IMG/VR virus record: IMGVR_UViG_3300008259_003073
Origin: a virus
Taxonomy: Duplodnaviria > Caudoviricetes
Reading direction: 5' to 3' (one strand)
Length of the DNA: 64,000 nucleotides
Below the pieces are notes generated by a model. It searched no databases. It was not told the origin of the DNA and saw only the letters and a list, made by a program, of their open reading frames with translations. Below, one piece after another: positions 38,236-47,276 of this stretch; position 1 is the stretch's first letter, and the number at the start of each line of letters is the position of its first letter. The position numbers and the translations under genes were made by a program.

Positions 38236-39350
38236 TACACATTTATAAATTTACCTGTTATGGAAATTTCATCACCGCTATCAACTTCAAATCCTAAATT
38301 TGCTTGAATAAAATTAATAATTAAAGATGATGATGTTATACTGATAGAAAAGTGTGTATTATGATAATATCTTGTACCATTTATATAAACTTTAATATCG
38401 TATGTATTATCACCAACGGTTATACCACCAGTAACTACGGATGTTAAAGCAGCTGGAGTTTTTATTAGTTTTATTCCAGCAAATGTAATCGTATTAGATG
38501 CTATTGGATTTTGTATTTTACTATTATTTAAAGAAAGAAAATCAATCAAATCTTTATTATCATAATATGGTGATGGTGTAGTTAATATACCTTCCAATCT
38601 ACCAGTCCCACTTGTTACATCCGTTTCAGTTGATACCACCACTCTTTTCGTAGAAAATGATTTTTTAGTAGTATCTTCTCCATCAAATTTTTCAGGAAGT
38701 AAATGAGCTTTAACTGATAAACTAAATTCAATTCTGTTAACTCTTTCAGTACCATCCCCAACTTCGTTTATTACATTAAAATCTCCTAAACTAGTTCTAA
38801 ATTGAAACCCATTTTTATCTCCCCAATATGTACCTGTGTATTGTAATTGTTCTATTACAGAATTTAAATGCTCTATATAAGAAGTCCAAACCATACAATC
38901 GTAGTTTAGTTCTACATATTCTGGCATTTGAATTTTATATATTTCATACTTTGGTTGAGAATTATTTCCCAATAATGTAAATCTATCATATCTATTATCT
39001 TTTGAGTATTTTGTGATACCCTGATATGTTACATGCCGATTTTGCATTGGCATAGCATCATCTTTTGCAATAGATGTTCTACGAATCATCATAATCGGTA
39101 ATTGAAGTTTACCGTTTGCATCTCTGAAAACTCCCTGTCTCCTTGCTCCATTCCATCGTTCGGAATTACCATATATGACAGGTATTTTTAAAGCTTTACC
39201 ATTATCATCTAATGTAGGTAATGCAGTATCCTCCAAATAAGACATCATAGCATAATCAATATCAAATAAAGATATCGATTGTCTTAATTCTCCTTTTTCC
39301 TTTTTAGTTTGAAGAATTCTCTCCTGTTTTCTTAATGGGTTTGTAGACAT
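38235..39350 (-). CDS. gp15: tail completion/sheath stabiliser, T4 gp15-like, with a C-terminal extension
   Basis: IPVIYGNSERW ... LQLPIMMIRRTSI ... PEYVELNYD..VWT...LN.VIEQL; follows the neck genes. Confidence 0.55.
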   Translation of the reverse strand: MSTNPLRKQERILQTKKEKGELRQSISLFDIDYAMMSYLEDTALPTLDDNGKALKIPVIYGNSERWNGARRQGVFRDANGKLQLPIMMIRRTSIAKDDAMPMQNRHVTYQGITKYSKDNRYDRFTLLGNNSQPKYEIYKIQMPEYVELNYDCMVWTSYIEHLNSVIEQLQYTGTYWGDKNGFQFRTSLGDFNVINEVGDGTERVNRIEFSLSVKAHLLPEKFDGEDTTKKSFSTKRVVVSTETDVTSGTGRLEGILTTPSPYYDNKDLIDFLSLNNSKIQNPIASNTITFAGIKLIKTPAALTSVVTGGITVGDNTYDIKVYINGTRYYHNTHFSISITSSSLIINFIQANLGFEVDSGDEISITGKFINV

Positions 39351-39354
39351 ATTT

Positions 39355-39810
39355 TTATGTTATTCTCTTTTCAATATTAAGATTAGATTTGCTTACTAAA
39401 AATGCAAAACATACTATACTATAAGTATTATTAGGTAAGCCACCAATAAATTGTACTTCATTCATATTACCTATTTCATAATACTGATTATCAAAATAAA
39501 CAACATCACCTATTTCAGGATGTATATTTCGTTCTTCTAACAATCCTCTATCGAATTTAAATACAACATCTTGGTTTGTATCAGGTCCAAATCCTTCATA
39601 TAGAGCCGATTCGGGTTCTTTATCAATTAATGCGTATAGTTCTACGCCAGTATGCCAGGTTTTATTTAATGCTTCACCATAGATATTTACCTTCGTTTCG
39701 TTCAAATTTATTTTGTATAAAACGACAGTATTTTCTATGACAGTATCAACCAATTCTCTGGCTATACTTTTGAAAAAATCAATATCTCTACCTAATAAAA
39801 ACTTTGGCAT
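39355..39810 (-). CDS. gp14: neck/head-closure protein, T4 gp14-like
   Basis: VVLYK......NIYGE ... PEIGDVVYFDNQYYEI; gp13-gp14-gp15 synteny. Confidence 0.6.
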   Translation of the reverse strand: MPKFLLGRDIDFFKSIARELVDTVIENTVVLYKINLNETKVNIYGEALNKTWHTGVELYALIDKEPESALYEGFGPDTNQDVVFKFDRGLLEERNIHPEIGDVVYFDNQYYEIGNMNEVQFIGGLPNNTYSIVCFAFLVSKSNLNIEKRIT

Positions 39811-39811
39811 A

Positions 39812-41020
39812 TTATCCTACATATATTTTAAGTGGAACTTTTCTCAACATTTCTTGCTGATGAGTTGATTCATGTGCTTTATTTTCCATCACATTTTTTC
39901 TACTCAATTCTTCCAAATTTTCTCTTAATTGATTTATCAACATATCCTTCTCCACTTGTGCTTCAGCTCTTAATGCAGCACCATCCAATGATACTTCACC
40001 ATCAGGTATCGGAACATTTGAGTATTTCTCTCTAATTGCTCCTAATAATTCTTTTGAAAGTGCCAATGTGTATTTTCTAATCCATTGTTTACCAACATCA
40101 TTTATATTTGAGTATTGAATAAAATCATATGGAACATCGGAATAATCGGAAAGAGAATCTGCTTGAACGGTTTGTGAATCATGTTCAAACTCATCTCTAC
40201 TCATATATTCAAAATATATTCTACTAACCGTTCCTTCGGTTGGTATTGGGAATATTTCTAATTTATTATCTACAATGTTAAAGGTATGTGCGGATTTACG
40301 AATGTGGTCATTAAACTCAATTTGTTGCATTCTCAATACATCCTCATATATTGGCATCATTAAGAATTGTGCAGCAGGTGAGAAATTACCAAACCCTAAT
40401 TCACTAATTAAGTTTAGAGTACCTTGTGCACCAACTGAATATGGGTCAAAGAAACGTGCAATAGCAGGGGTTGCTTCGTGATACATTCTAGTTACATCAA
40501 TTGTAGAGCTTCCTGAAAATAATGTTGTAAATGATGCCGATGTTTCCACATCAATAGATGCACTCATTATATTGTATTTCTGTTGTCCAGGAGTTAAATT
40601 GATATATGCTTTCTTAATAGATGTATGCCCCCCAACTCCTGCCAATGTACCATATTGTTGGGACATACGAACTGCAGTTGGAAGAAACGAACCTTCGACA
40701 AGTGTTTGTGAATAGTTTGCAACTTTACCTTTCGGTTGTCCTTTTAGAATATCAAGGTTATTACGAAGATTGAATTGATTTATTTGTGCAGAATACTCTG
40801 AAGTTGCTTCTTCAAAACACGCCCAAATTTGTTGGTTATCCAATTCTATGTTTATAACTGGATACCCCAATCGTTTTGCAACCCATACGGCTGTTTTAGG
40901 TGCATCAGTTCTAAATTCTGAATCTGAATCATATAATCCAAACGGAGTTGCTTCTGCCGATGCCGATGCCGATAAAAATGCTGCTGCCGTTGAACCCGAC
41001 CAATATGTGTTTATAGACAT
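39812..41020 (-). CDS. gp13: neck adaptor protein, T4 gp13-like
   Basis: KRLGYPVINIELDNQQI..CFEEA ... WIRKYTLALSKELLG.IR.KY..VPIP.GEVSLDG. Confidence 0.7.
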   Translation of the reverse strand: MSINTYWSGSTAAAFLSASASAEATPFGLYDSDSEFRTDAPKTAVWVAKRLGYPVINIELDNQQIWACFEEATSEYSAQINQFNLRNNLDILKGQPKGKVANYSQTLVEGSFLPTAVRMSQQYGTLAGVGGHTSIKKAYINLTPGQQKYNIMSASIDVETSASFTTLFSGSSTIDVTRMYHEATPAIARFFDPYSVGAQGTLNLISELGFGNFSPAAQFLMMPIYEDVLRMQQIEFNDHIRKSAHTFNIVDNKLEIFPIPTEGTVSRIYFEYMSRDEFEHDSQTVQADSLSDYSDVPYDFIQYSNINDVGKQWIRKYTLALSKELLGAIREKYSNVPIPDGEVSLDGAALRAEAQVEKDMLINQLRENLEELSRKNVMENKAHESTHQQEMLRKVPLKIYVG

Positions 41021-41072
41021 AATTCTTAATTATAGTTTTACGACTATAAATATAAGAATAAAAAAAGAAGTG

Positions 41073-41756
41073 TTATGCTATTTGTGTAATTGTTGCAATA
41101 ACGGATGGTGTACCTGGAATTGATGGTGTTCCTGCATCCGTATGTAAGATTCCACCATTATCATTACATGTCCATTTTATCTCCAAATAATCATTATCAT
41201 TTAAATCTGATAGGAAATTCCAAGCAGCAGGTACTTTACCCAATTGTGCCGATTGTGCTTTTGCAACATCAACGTGTGTGTTTGAATTTGGTATTGAATT
41301 ACCATTTTTTGCAAACCAAATGTTGAATACTATATTAGTATTTACAGTATTTTCTAATTGTGCACTAAATTGTAAATTATAAACACCTGCATTTTCAACT
41401 TTGATTTGTGAACCACTTACAATTGAAACACCCTCACTTAAATCGGTTGTGTTTAATTTCATTGATTGAATTGAACCAGATGAACCACTTTGAGAAGTCA
41501 TATCATAAAACTGACCATAGTTATATTGTTTGTGGCCATTATAATATAATGAACCACTAATTTGTAAACTACCTGTAATTGTTTGTGTTCCTATTAAGTC
41601 ATTGGAGCCAGTTGTTGCCAATTGTCCTGCGGAAATATACCCCAAATATCCGTCTTCTTGCTTTACTACAAATTCATCGGATTGTTCTAATGTATATACT
41701 TTTGTATATTCTTTTGCGGTTTCTTGTCTATGATATTGTTTTTCTGGATACCCCAT
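41073..41756 (-). CDS. virion protein with a C-terminal jelly-roll (C1q/BclA-like) domain; probable start MGYPEKQY at 41756
   Basis: YGQFYD..SQ ... IKVENAGVYNLQFSAQL ... IWFAKNG..IPNS ... DYLEIKW; has its own late motif (41771) and an upstream terminator. Confidence 0.6.
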   Translation of the reverse strand: MGYPEKQYHRQETAKEYTKVYTLEQSDEFVVKQEDGYLGYISAGQLATTGSNDLIGTQTITGSLQISGSLYYNGHKQYNYGQFYDMTSQSGSSGSIQSMKLNTTDLSEGVSIVSGSQIKVENAGVYNLQFSAQLENTVNTNIVFNIWFAKNGNSIPNSNTHVDVAKAQSAQLGKVPAAWNFLSDLNDNDYLEIKWTCNDNGGILHTDAGTPSIPGTPSVIATITQIA

Positions 41757-41779
41757 TATATGATGTTTTATATAAATAT

Positions 41780-41815
41780 AAAAAAAAAGAGATAACATTT
41801 CTATTATCTCTTTTT
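41780..41815 (-). terminator. intrinsic terminator (possibly bidirectional)
   Basis: GAGATAATA-GAAA-TGTTATCTC plus a T run on the minus strand, with A/T tracts on both sides. Confidence 0.75.
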
Positions 41816-41833
41816 AATAAATTTAATTATACT

Positions 41834-42178
41834 TTATGATAATCTTACTTTAACCGCTCCTTGTGAGTGATACATTTGCCCAACCGCAACACCTGCCGCA
41901 GATGCCGATGCATCGTTCCAAGCCGCCGATGCTGAACCTGTGATATATGCAAATGATGTGTTTGCCATTTTAGTTGCAACACTACCACTTAAATTAGTAA
42001 TATCGGTATCAGTTGCTAAACCTGCACCATCTAATGTTGTTTGTAAGTTGGATGCAGAGATATATCCCCAATTACCATCTTGATTTTTTGCTAATAAAGT
42101 TGTTCCTGTTACACTTTGATATTCAGGAAAGTCCATTGCTGCTCCAAATACGGAGTATTTTTGTTCGGGATATGCCAT
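41834..42178 (-). CDS. small virion protein, candidate capsid decoration
   Basis: Directly after the major capsid gene; N-terminus paralogous to 41073..41756; C-terminus NDASASAAGVAVGQMY...VKVR. Confidence 0.55.
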   Translation of the reverse strand: MAYPEQKYSVFGAAMDFPEYQSVTGTTLLAKNQDGNWGYISASNLQTTLDGAGLATDTDITNLSGSVATKMANTSFAYITGSASAAWNDASASAAGVAVGQMYHSQGAVKVRLS

Positions 42179-42213
42179 TTTTAATTTGTTTTTAGTTATT
42201 GTTAAATTACTAA

Positions 42214-42222
42214 TATAAATAT
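42214..42222 (-). promoter_or_regulatory. representative copy of the putative late promoter ATATTTATA (18 copies noted in the window)
   Basis: The + strand tataaatat starts at 4371, 6499, 10928, 13800, 16114, 18403, 20188, 24097, 30278, 31149, 35037, 41045, 41771, 42214, 48988, 51811, 54159 and 62351. Each copy is 3-61 nt upstream of a minus-strand start codon. Confidence 0.7.
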
Positions 42223-42252
42223 AAAAAAAAGAGGGAACATTACTGCTCCCTC
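42223..42252 (-). terminator. intrinsic terminator after the major capsid gene
   Basis: GAGGGAGCA-GTAA-TGTTCCCTC-T8. Confidence 0.85.
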
Positions 42253-42276
42253 AATTTTTATTTAAAACTCTAAATA

Positions 42277-43890
42277 TTAAAGAGTTTCTAAACCATCTAC
42301 GAGAATCTTACCGTAGAATTCTGGTCTTACGATTTTCTTTGCGTAACGAGTCATAACACCTCTACGTGGAGTAAAGTTGGTTGGGTCGTACACTAAAGGA
42401 GTCATAATCAATGGTACATAAGGTGCGTAAACTGCTCCAGTCTCGAAGAAGTTAGAACCTTTGAAACCTAACAAGATTACGTTTTCAGTCATGTAAGGGT
42501 TTTTGTAAACATCGTATCTGTTAGAGATTGAACCGATGTTAGTTACACCTGCTGCGAAAGTCAACGCATCTTTACCAGGGTTTGCAGAGAATCCGTTCAT
42601 TGATTCCAAAATTGTAGCTACGTTTGGAGAAACAACCAAGAAGTTTGCTCCACCACGCATAGTCAATTGGTGAATTTTGTTAGATACTTTCTGCAATTTG
42701 ATACCCAAAGTTTGGAACCAAGTATTCTTTTGGTAAGCCGAAGCAGCTGCTGCGTTAGAATCAATAGCGAATCCAGCACCAGTCCACTCATATCCTACTT
42801 TAGATGACCAGTATTCAGTTGTGAATGCGTTCTGCTGCAACATCTCAAGGATTTCCAAATCAATCTCCAAAGAGATGTATTCAGATAACATTTGAGTCAA
42901 TTCAGCTTCTGCATCTACAGAGTGATATGCGTTCAAATCTTGCGCCAATTCAGGAGTCCAAATTGCCTTCAACTTACGTGTTTTAGCAACGATAGGCTCT
43001 GATTTCAATTCCAATTCAATTTCTGGAATTGCCAAATCTGTTCCTCTATCTTCGAAATCACCACGAGAAATATCAGTAGGTTGTACGTGATATGCCAATG
43101 ATACACCAACAGTTGTAAGGTTAGATAAACCAGTTACAGATGCAACGAATTCAACATTTGAACCATTTTTAGTTGTGTATTGTGGATAGTATCCTGTTAC
43201 AGAACCTGTTAATAAAGTTGGTTCGAAAGCTCTAACACCATTGAAATCAGCATCAGCTGGTAAAGCTACAACGATTTTCTTCAATGTGTTACCTGCGAAT
43301 GATGCAGAAACTGAACCAGAAGATAAATCATAATCGATATCAGCTAAAGATGCAGATGCAAAAGTAGCAGTGATAGCAGCAGTAGCGTTGTTGATTGTAT
43401 AACCAAAACGTCCTGCACCATAAAGACCTCCTTCTGGAGATTGAGTTGAACCTAGTTTGTTACCAGCTGGAGATAAAGAATCTTTACCGAAAGTACCACT
43501 GTTACCAAACAAAGATGAACCTGTGAAATTTGGATTACCCGCTGGGTTAGTACCATATTTGAAGTCCATGTAGAAAATAAGACCTGATGGTAAGTTCATT
43601 GGTTGAACTGAAACGAATTCTTTCGCTGCAATAGAACCGAAGATACGTCTTACCAAAGGAAGAGCCACACCAGCCCACTCTTCAGAACCTGAAGAAGTAC
43701 CAGTACGAGTTGCCTCATCCAATAATTGTTTAGCCTGGTTTTCTAACATTACTGCCATACCATGCTTTGTAGTTTCAGAACCTACTCCTTCAAGTAGACC
43801 TGTTCTTTCCCATTTGCCTTTCAAACCTCTGGTTTGCTCAAGCATCACGCTCTGTGGGTTCGCGCCGCTCATTAATTTTTTAATGTTCAT
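42277..43890 (-). CDS. gp23: major capsid protein, T4 gp23-like
   Basis: LPLVRR...EFVSVQPMNLPSGLIFY ... AKTRKLKAIWTPELAQDLNAYHSVDAEAEL ... YAPYVPL...DPTNFTPRRGVMTRY. Confidence 0.95.
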   Translation of the reverse strand: MNIKKLMSGANPQSVMLEQTRGLKGKWERTGLLEGVGSETTKHGMAVMLENQAKQLLDEATRTGTSSGSEEWAGVALPLVRRIFGSIAAKEFVSVQPMNLPSGLIFYMDFKYGTNPAGNPNFTGSSLFGNSGTFGKDSLSPAGNKLGSTQSPEGGLYGAGRFGYTINNATAAITATFASASLADIDYDLSSGSVSASFAGNTLKKIVVALPADADFNGVRAFEPTLLTGSVTGYYPQYTTKNGSNVEFVASVTGLSNLTTVGVSLAYHVQPTDISRGDFEDRGTDLAIPEIELELKSEPIVAKTRKLKAIWTPELAQDLNAYHSVDAEAELTQMLSEYISLEIDLEILEMLQQNAFTTEYWSSKVGYEWTGAGFAIDSNAAAASAYQKNTWFQTLGIKLQKVSNKIHQLTMRGGANFLVVSPNVATILESMNGFSANPGKDALTFAAGVTNIGSISNRYDVYKNPYMTENVILLGFKGSNFFETGAVYAPYVPLIMTPLVYDPTNFTPRRGVMTRYAKKIVRPEFYGKILVDGLETL

Positions 43891-43919
43891 TTTAAATGAA
43901 TTTATTTGTTTTATTTAAA

Positions 43920-45173
43920 TTATTTAATAATACCTGCTAATTTCTTAAATCTGTTAGCAAAATTAGCTGATTCATTGATTACCGCTTTAGATTGAGCAGG
44001 TTTTGTAGATTTAACTGCTTTACTAGCGATACCTTCTGAAATAGCCTTTTTAGTTAATTTGTTAGAAGATGAAGTATATTTGAAATTCTCTGCTAATGTA
44101 GAGAACACTAATTTAACCTCTCTTACTGATTTTGTTCTATCCAAAGTTTCAATCACTTTCACTTTTTGTTCGTTAGTCATGTTATGAGCTCTGAATAATT
44201 TGTTTGCAAACAATAATTTGGCGTTCAATAAGTTCACCTCATTAATAGTTTTTTGAAGAGTTCTGATAGTTCGGTACGCCTCATTCAAGTCTTTCTTTAG
44301 AGATTCTGCCTTTGGCTCTTCTTCACTTGAACCATACTCATCTTCCATTTCTCTCAAGATTTCTGCTAAATCAACCGTATCTTCATCTTCTTCTTCACCT
44401 TCGTTAGTTACCACTACTTTAGGGTCTTCACCTTTATCAGTACCTGCTTCTGAACCATCTGCTAAATTTTCGTTAGCTGGGAAAGGGTTTTCTTCGTATT
44501 CTTCTTCTTCACCTTCCATAGCTGGCTCTTCTTCATCACCTAACTGTGCTTCTAATTCTCTGATGATAGCTTCCAATCCCATTTCGTCTTCTTCTTCACC
44601 CTCCATTGGGTCTTCTCCAAAAGAATCTTCTTCACCACCAGCCATTGCCATTGGGTCTTCTTCTTCTGTTGCTGCGAAAGGGTCACCTTCTTCTTCACCA
44701 CCGAATTCATCTGCACCACCAAATTCGTCTTCACCTTCTAATTCTGCTAATCTTGCTTTTAATTCAGCAATTTCTGCATCCTTATCAGATTCTTCTTCAC
44801 CACCGAAGTCGAATTCATCTTCTTCGTTAATATCTGCTACTTTTTTGTAGTCAGTACCTGCTGCCTCTGGCTTACCACTATCTTTCTTTACACCTACTGA
44901 TAAATCAGTAATTGCATCGTAAGATGGATTTGCTCCAGGGGTTTCAGGGTATCCAGCATCTGATTTAGACCCGATACCATCTGAACTTAATTCCTCGTCT
45001 ACTTGTTCTGCATCATCTTCCATTTCTGCTTCTGCTCTCATCTTTTGAGATAAGATAGATTGAAGTCGTGGAGTAAATGCCTCTTCAAGCGCAAGTTTTG
45101 CGTTTGCTAAAGCGGTTTCTTTAACGGCTTTGGCATCAGCGATTGCTTCTTTCAATAATTTTGAATTTGCCAT
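43920..45173 (-). CDS. gp22: prohead core scaffolding protein, gp22-like
   Basis: Extremely acidic middle region; conserved ends LLKEAIADAKAVKE..LANAK..LEEAFTP and EVNLLNAKLLF.NKLFR ... RFKKLAGI; sits directly before the MCP. Confidence 0.8.
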   Translation of the reverse strand: MANSKLLKEAIADAKAVKETALANAKLALEEAFTPRLQSILSQKMRAEAEMEDDAEQVDEELSSDGIGSKSDAGYPETPGANPSYDAITDLSVGVKKDSGKPEAAGTDYKKVADINEEDEFDFGGEEESDKDAEIAELKARLAELEGEDEFGGADEFGGEEEGDPFAATEEEDPMAMAGGEEDSFGEDPMEGEEEDEMGLEAIIRELEAQLGDEEEPAMEGEEEEYEENPFPANENLADGSEAGTDKGEDPKVVVTNEGEEEDEDTVDLAEILREMEDEYGSSEEEPKAESLKKDLNEAYRTIRTLQKTINEVNLLNAKLLFANKLFRAHNMTNEQKVKVIETLDRTKSVREVKLVFSTLAENFKYTSSSNKLTKKAISEGIASKAVKSTKPAQSKAVINESANFANRFKKLAGIIK

Positions 45174-45285
45174 TTTTGTTGTATGTTGATTGTGAAGTTA
45201 TTTCTAAAAAACTCCAATAGGATTATGCTGATTGTTCGGTCACATCTTATATGAAAGAGTATTCGTTAATCAACTGTACTTTAAT

Positions 45286-45310
45286 TAAAAAATCCTATAT
45301 GAGATAGGAT
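45286..45310 (-). terminator. hairpin with T5 tract downstream of bS21 (terminator or attenuator)
   Basis: ATCCTAT-CTCAT-ATAGGAT-TTTTT on the minus strand. Confidence 0.5.
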
Positions 45311-45343
45311 ATTCGAAAATAAATATATAAATTTTTTAGAAAA

Positions 45344-45532
45344 CTAAAGAAAACCCAAATCTTTTTGATTCTTTCTTATAGCTTTTTCTTTTTCTAATCT
45401 ATTTTTAACGGATGGTTTAACAAATGTCTGCCGTTCTCTTAACTGCTCTACTTGTTTAATGTTCTGAACTTTTCTCTTATATTGTTTCAGAGCTAGTTCT
45501 ATATTACCGTTTTTAATATCAATTATAATCAT
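45344..45532 (-). CDS. rpsU: phage-encoded 30S ribosomal protein bS21
   Basis: MIIIDIKNGNIELALKQYKRKV....VEQLRERQTFVKPSVKNR matches the bS21 pattern (I..ALKR.K.K......LR.R..F.KPS..R), Bacteroidota-like. Confidence 0.88.
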   Translation of the reverse strand: MIIIDIKNGNIELALKQYKRKVQNIKQVEQLRERQTFVKPSVKNRLEKEKAIRKNQKDLGFL

Positions 45533-45537
45533 AATTA

Positions 45538-45909
45538 TTATTGATGATTTACTAATTTGTATTTTGTTCTATATAACAGAGATACAACCGTATCAATATC
45601 GTTTTGTAACCAACTATCTTTTAATTTAGGATTTTGTCTTAATCTAGCTACCATATTACATAAAGTATCAAAGTATTTAATGATATTTTTAATATCATTA
45701 TTTTTATCCAATGTTCCAATGCCAGATAATTGAATTAATCCTTCTTTACCCTGATATGTTTCTACTAACCCATCAATCAATCCACCAATTGAATCATAGT
45801 AATCTCCCAATGCCAAATGAGCAGAATGAGAACCAATTCCTTTAACTCCTAAATGAAATGAGTGAGCTTGGGTTCTACTTTGTAATAATAATGATGCTAA
45901 TTCTTCCAT
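45538..45909 (-). CDS. ferritin-like four-helix protein (DUF5856-like)
   Basis: QAHSFHL......AHLALGDYYD.I..LID.LVETYQGK.G ... LQNDID....LL..TKYKL. Confidence 0.6.
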   Translation of the reverse strand: MEELASLLLQSRTQAHSFHLGVKGIGSHSAHLALGDYYDSIGGLIDGLVETYQGKEGLIQLSGIGTLDKNNDIKNIIKYFDTLCNMVARLRQNPKLKDSWLQNDIDTVVSLLYRTKYKLVNHQ

Positions 45910-45915
45910 TTATTT

Positions 45916-46353
45916 TTATGCTTTCCATTTCATTGCCTGCATTTTCTTACTCATGTCAGATGTTATTCCTCTTTCGGTAGCCTCATCATTCATTGCTTTG
46001 GTTGCAGTTCTTGTCAATTCCAATTCTAATTCTTGGTAATTAATATCTGGATCGTCTTTATATTGTTTTAATATCCGTTGTGTATATGAATCGTTAACAA
46101 ATGCAGTTATCCAAGCTGGTCCAATTCCAGTAGTAGAAACAATATCATTCATTCTACTAATAAACCCTCTGTTACCATATAATTTTTTGTAAATATCTTT
46201 TAATGCTCTCTGTACTCCAACACTTCTACCATGATAATATGCATCGACATTATCGGCTAATTTACTAAAGAACATAGTAATAAACCCAAAGAATGCAATA
46301 GTGCCAAGTATTGCCAATAATCCTAGTTCATTCAAAGGTTCTTTTTGTGACAT
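45916..46353 (-). CDS. hypothetical head-region protein with an N-terminal hydrophobic helix after an LNE motif
   Basis: MSQKEPLNE-LGLLAILGTIAFFGFITMFF. Confidence 0.6.
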   Translation of the reverse strand: MSQKEPLNELGLLAILGTIAFFGFITMFFSKLADNVDAYYHGRSVGVQRALKDIYKKLYGNRGFISRMNDIVSTTGIGPAWITAFVNDSYTQRILKQYKDDPDINYQELELELTRTATKAMNDEATERGITSDMSKKMQAMKWKA

Positions 46354-46365
46354 TATTTTTATATT

Positions 46366-47001
46366 TTAATATTTTGGACCCATATTACCTTTTGCCATAG
46401 AATCTGCCCAAATTTGGAACATCTTCTTTAAATCAGCAGGTAATTGTTTATCTCTAATGGATAGTTTTCCATCAGGTGAAATATGTGCGATTATTTTGTA
46501 ATCACCATGTTGTTCTTCTGCTCTATTCCAAATAGTTAAACCATTTCCCATATAGCCAGAACCAATATCGTATTTTTTAGCTTCTTGAATTGAACTTCTA
46601 CCCAATCGTTGCTTCATAACTTCTTCAGATACATCAGCAATTTCAAAGTATCTACCCAATACATGACCCATATCTTCGTACAATGCTTCTAATCTTTCTT
46701 CCTGTGCTTTTGCTTCAAGTGATTCTTTTTCGAATGCAGATTGTAATTTTTTCAATTCATTCATATTACGCTTAATTGTAACTCTATCGAACCAATCACC
46801 ACCCTCTCTTAAAGTATATTCTTGTGCAGCATCTGCAATCCCACCTAAAGTTTCTGCAATAGTTCTGATGTCAGATTTTCTACGCATTCCCTCTCTATGC
46901 TGTCCATAGGTAGAAATAATTTCCAAAAAGTGTCTTTTCAACTCTGTTGGGAGTTGTTGAAGTTCTTCTGATTCTTTGAGTAAATTTTTTAAACGTATCA
47001 T
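46366..47001 (-). CDS. putative prohead core protein
   Basis: MIRLKNLLKE start, DWFD.VT.KRNM, LYEDMGHVLGRYFEI; located in the head operon. Confidence 0.55.
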   Translation of the reverse strand: MIRLKNLLKESEELQQLPTELKRHFLEIISTYGQHREGMRRKSDIRTIAETLGGIADAAQEYTLREGGDWFDRVTIKRNMNELKKLQSAFEKESLEAKAQEERLEALYEDMGHVLGRYFEIADVSEEVMKQRLGRSSIQEAKKYDIGSGYMGNGLTIWNRAEEQHGDYKIIAHISPDGKLSIRDKQLPADLKKMFQIWADSMAKGNMGPKY

Positions 47002-47002
47002 A

Positions 47003-47269
47003 TTATTTCTTTAATATATCGTTTTTCTTAATTTTTGAAACGTATCTCATCATTTCTTGCTTATCAATTCCCATAGCATCGATTACCTTTGCTAATACAA
47101 GAATTTCTTTTTTACGAGAAAGACTCATTCCTTTGATTTGAGCTACCATTTTATCCAAATATCTTTCTATCGATACTGGTAAGTTAGTGTCCAAATCATC
47201 CAATGCTTCTTTGATTGTTGGTTTTGGAGCTGCGTTTCTGCCTGGTATAAAATTTACTAATTTTGCCAT
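47003..47269 (-). CDS. hypothetical head-region protein
   Basis: 88-aa ORF tightly packed between the protease and the core gene. Confidence 0.6.
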   Translation of the reverse strand: MAKLVNFIPGRNAAPKPTIKEALDDLDTNLPVSIERYLDKMVAQIKGMSLSRKKEILVLAKVIDAMGIDKQEMMRYVSKIKKNDILKK

Positions 47270-47276
47270 ATTTTTG

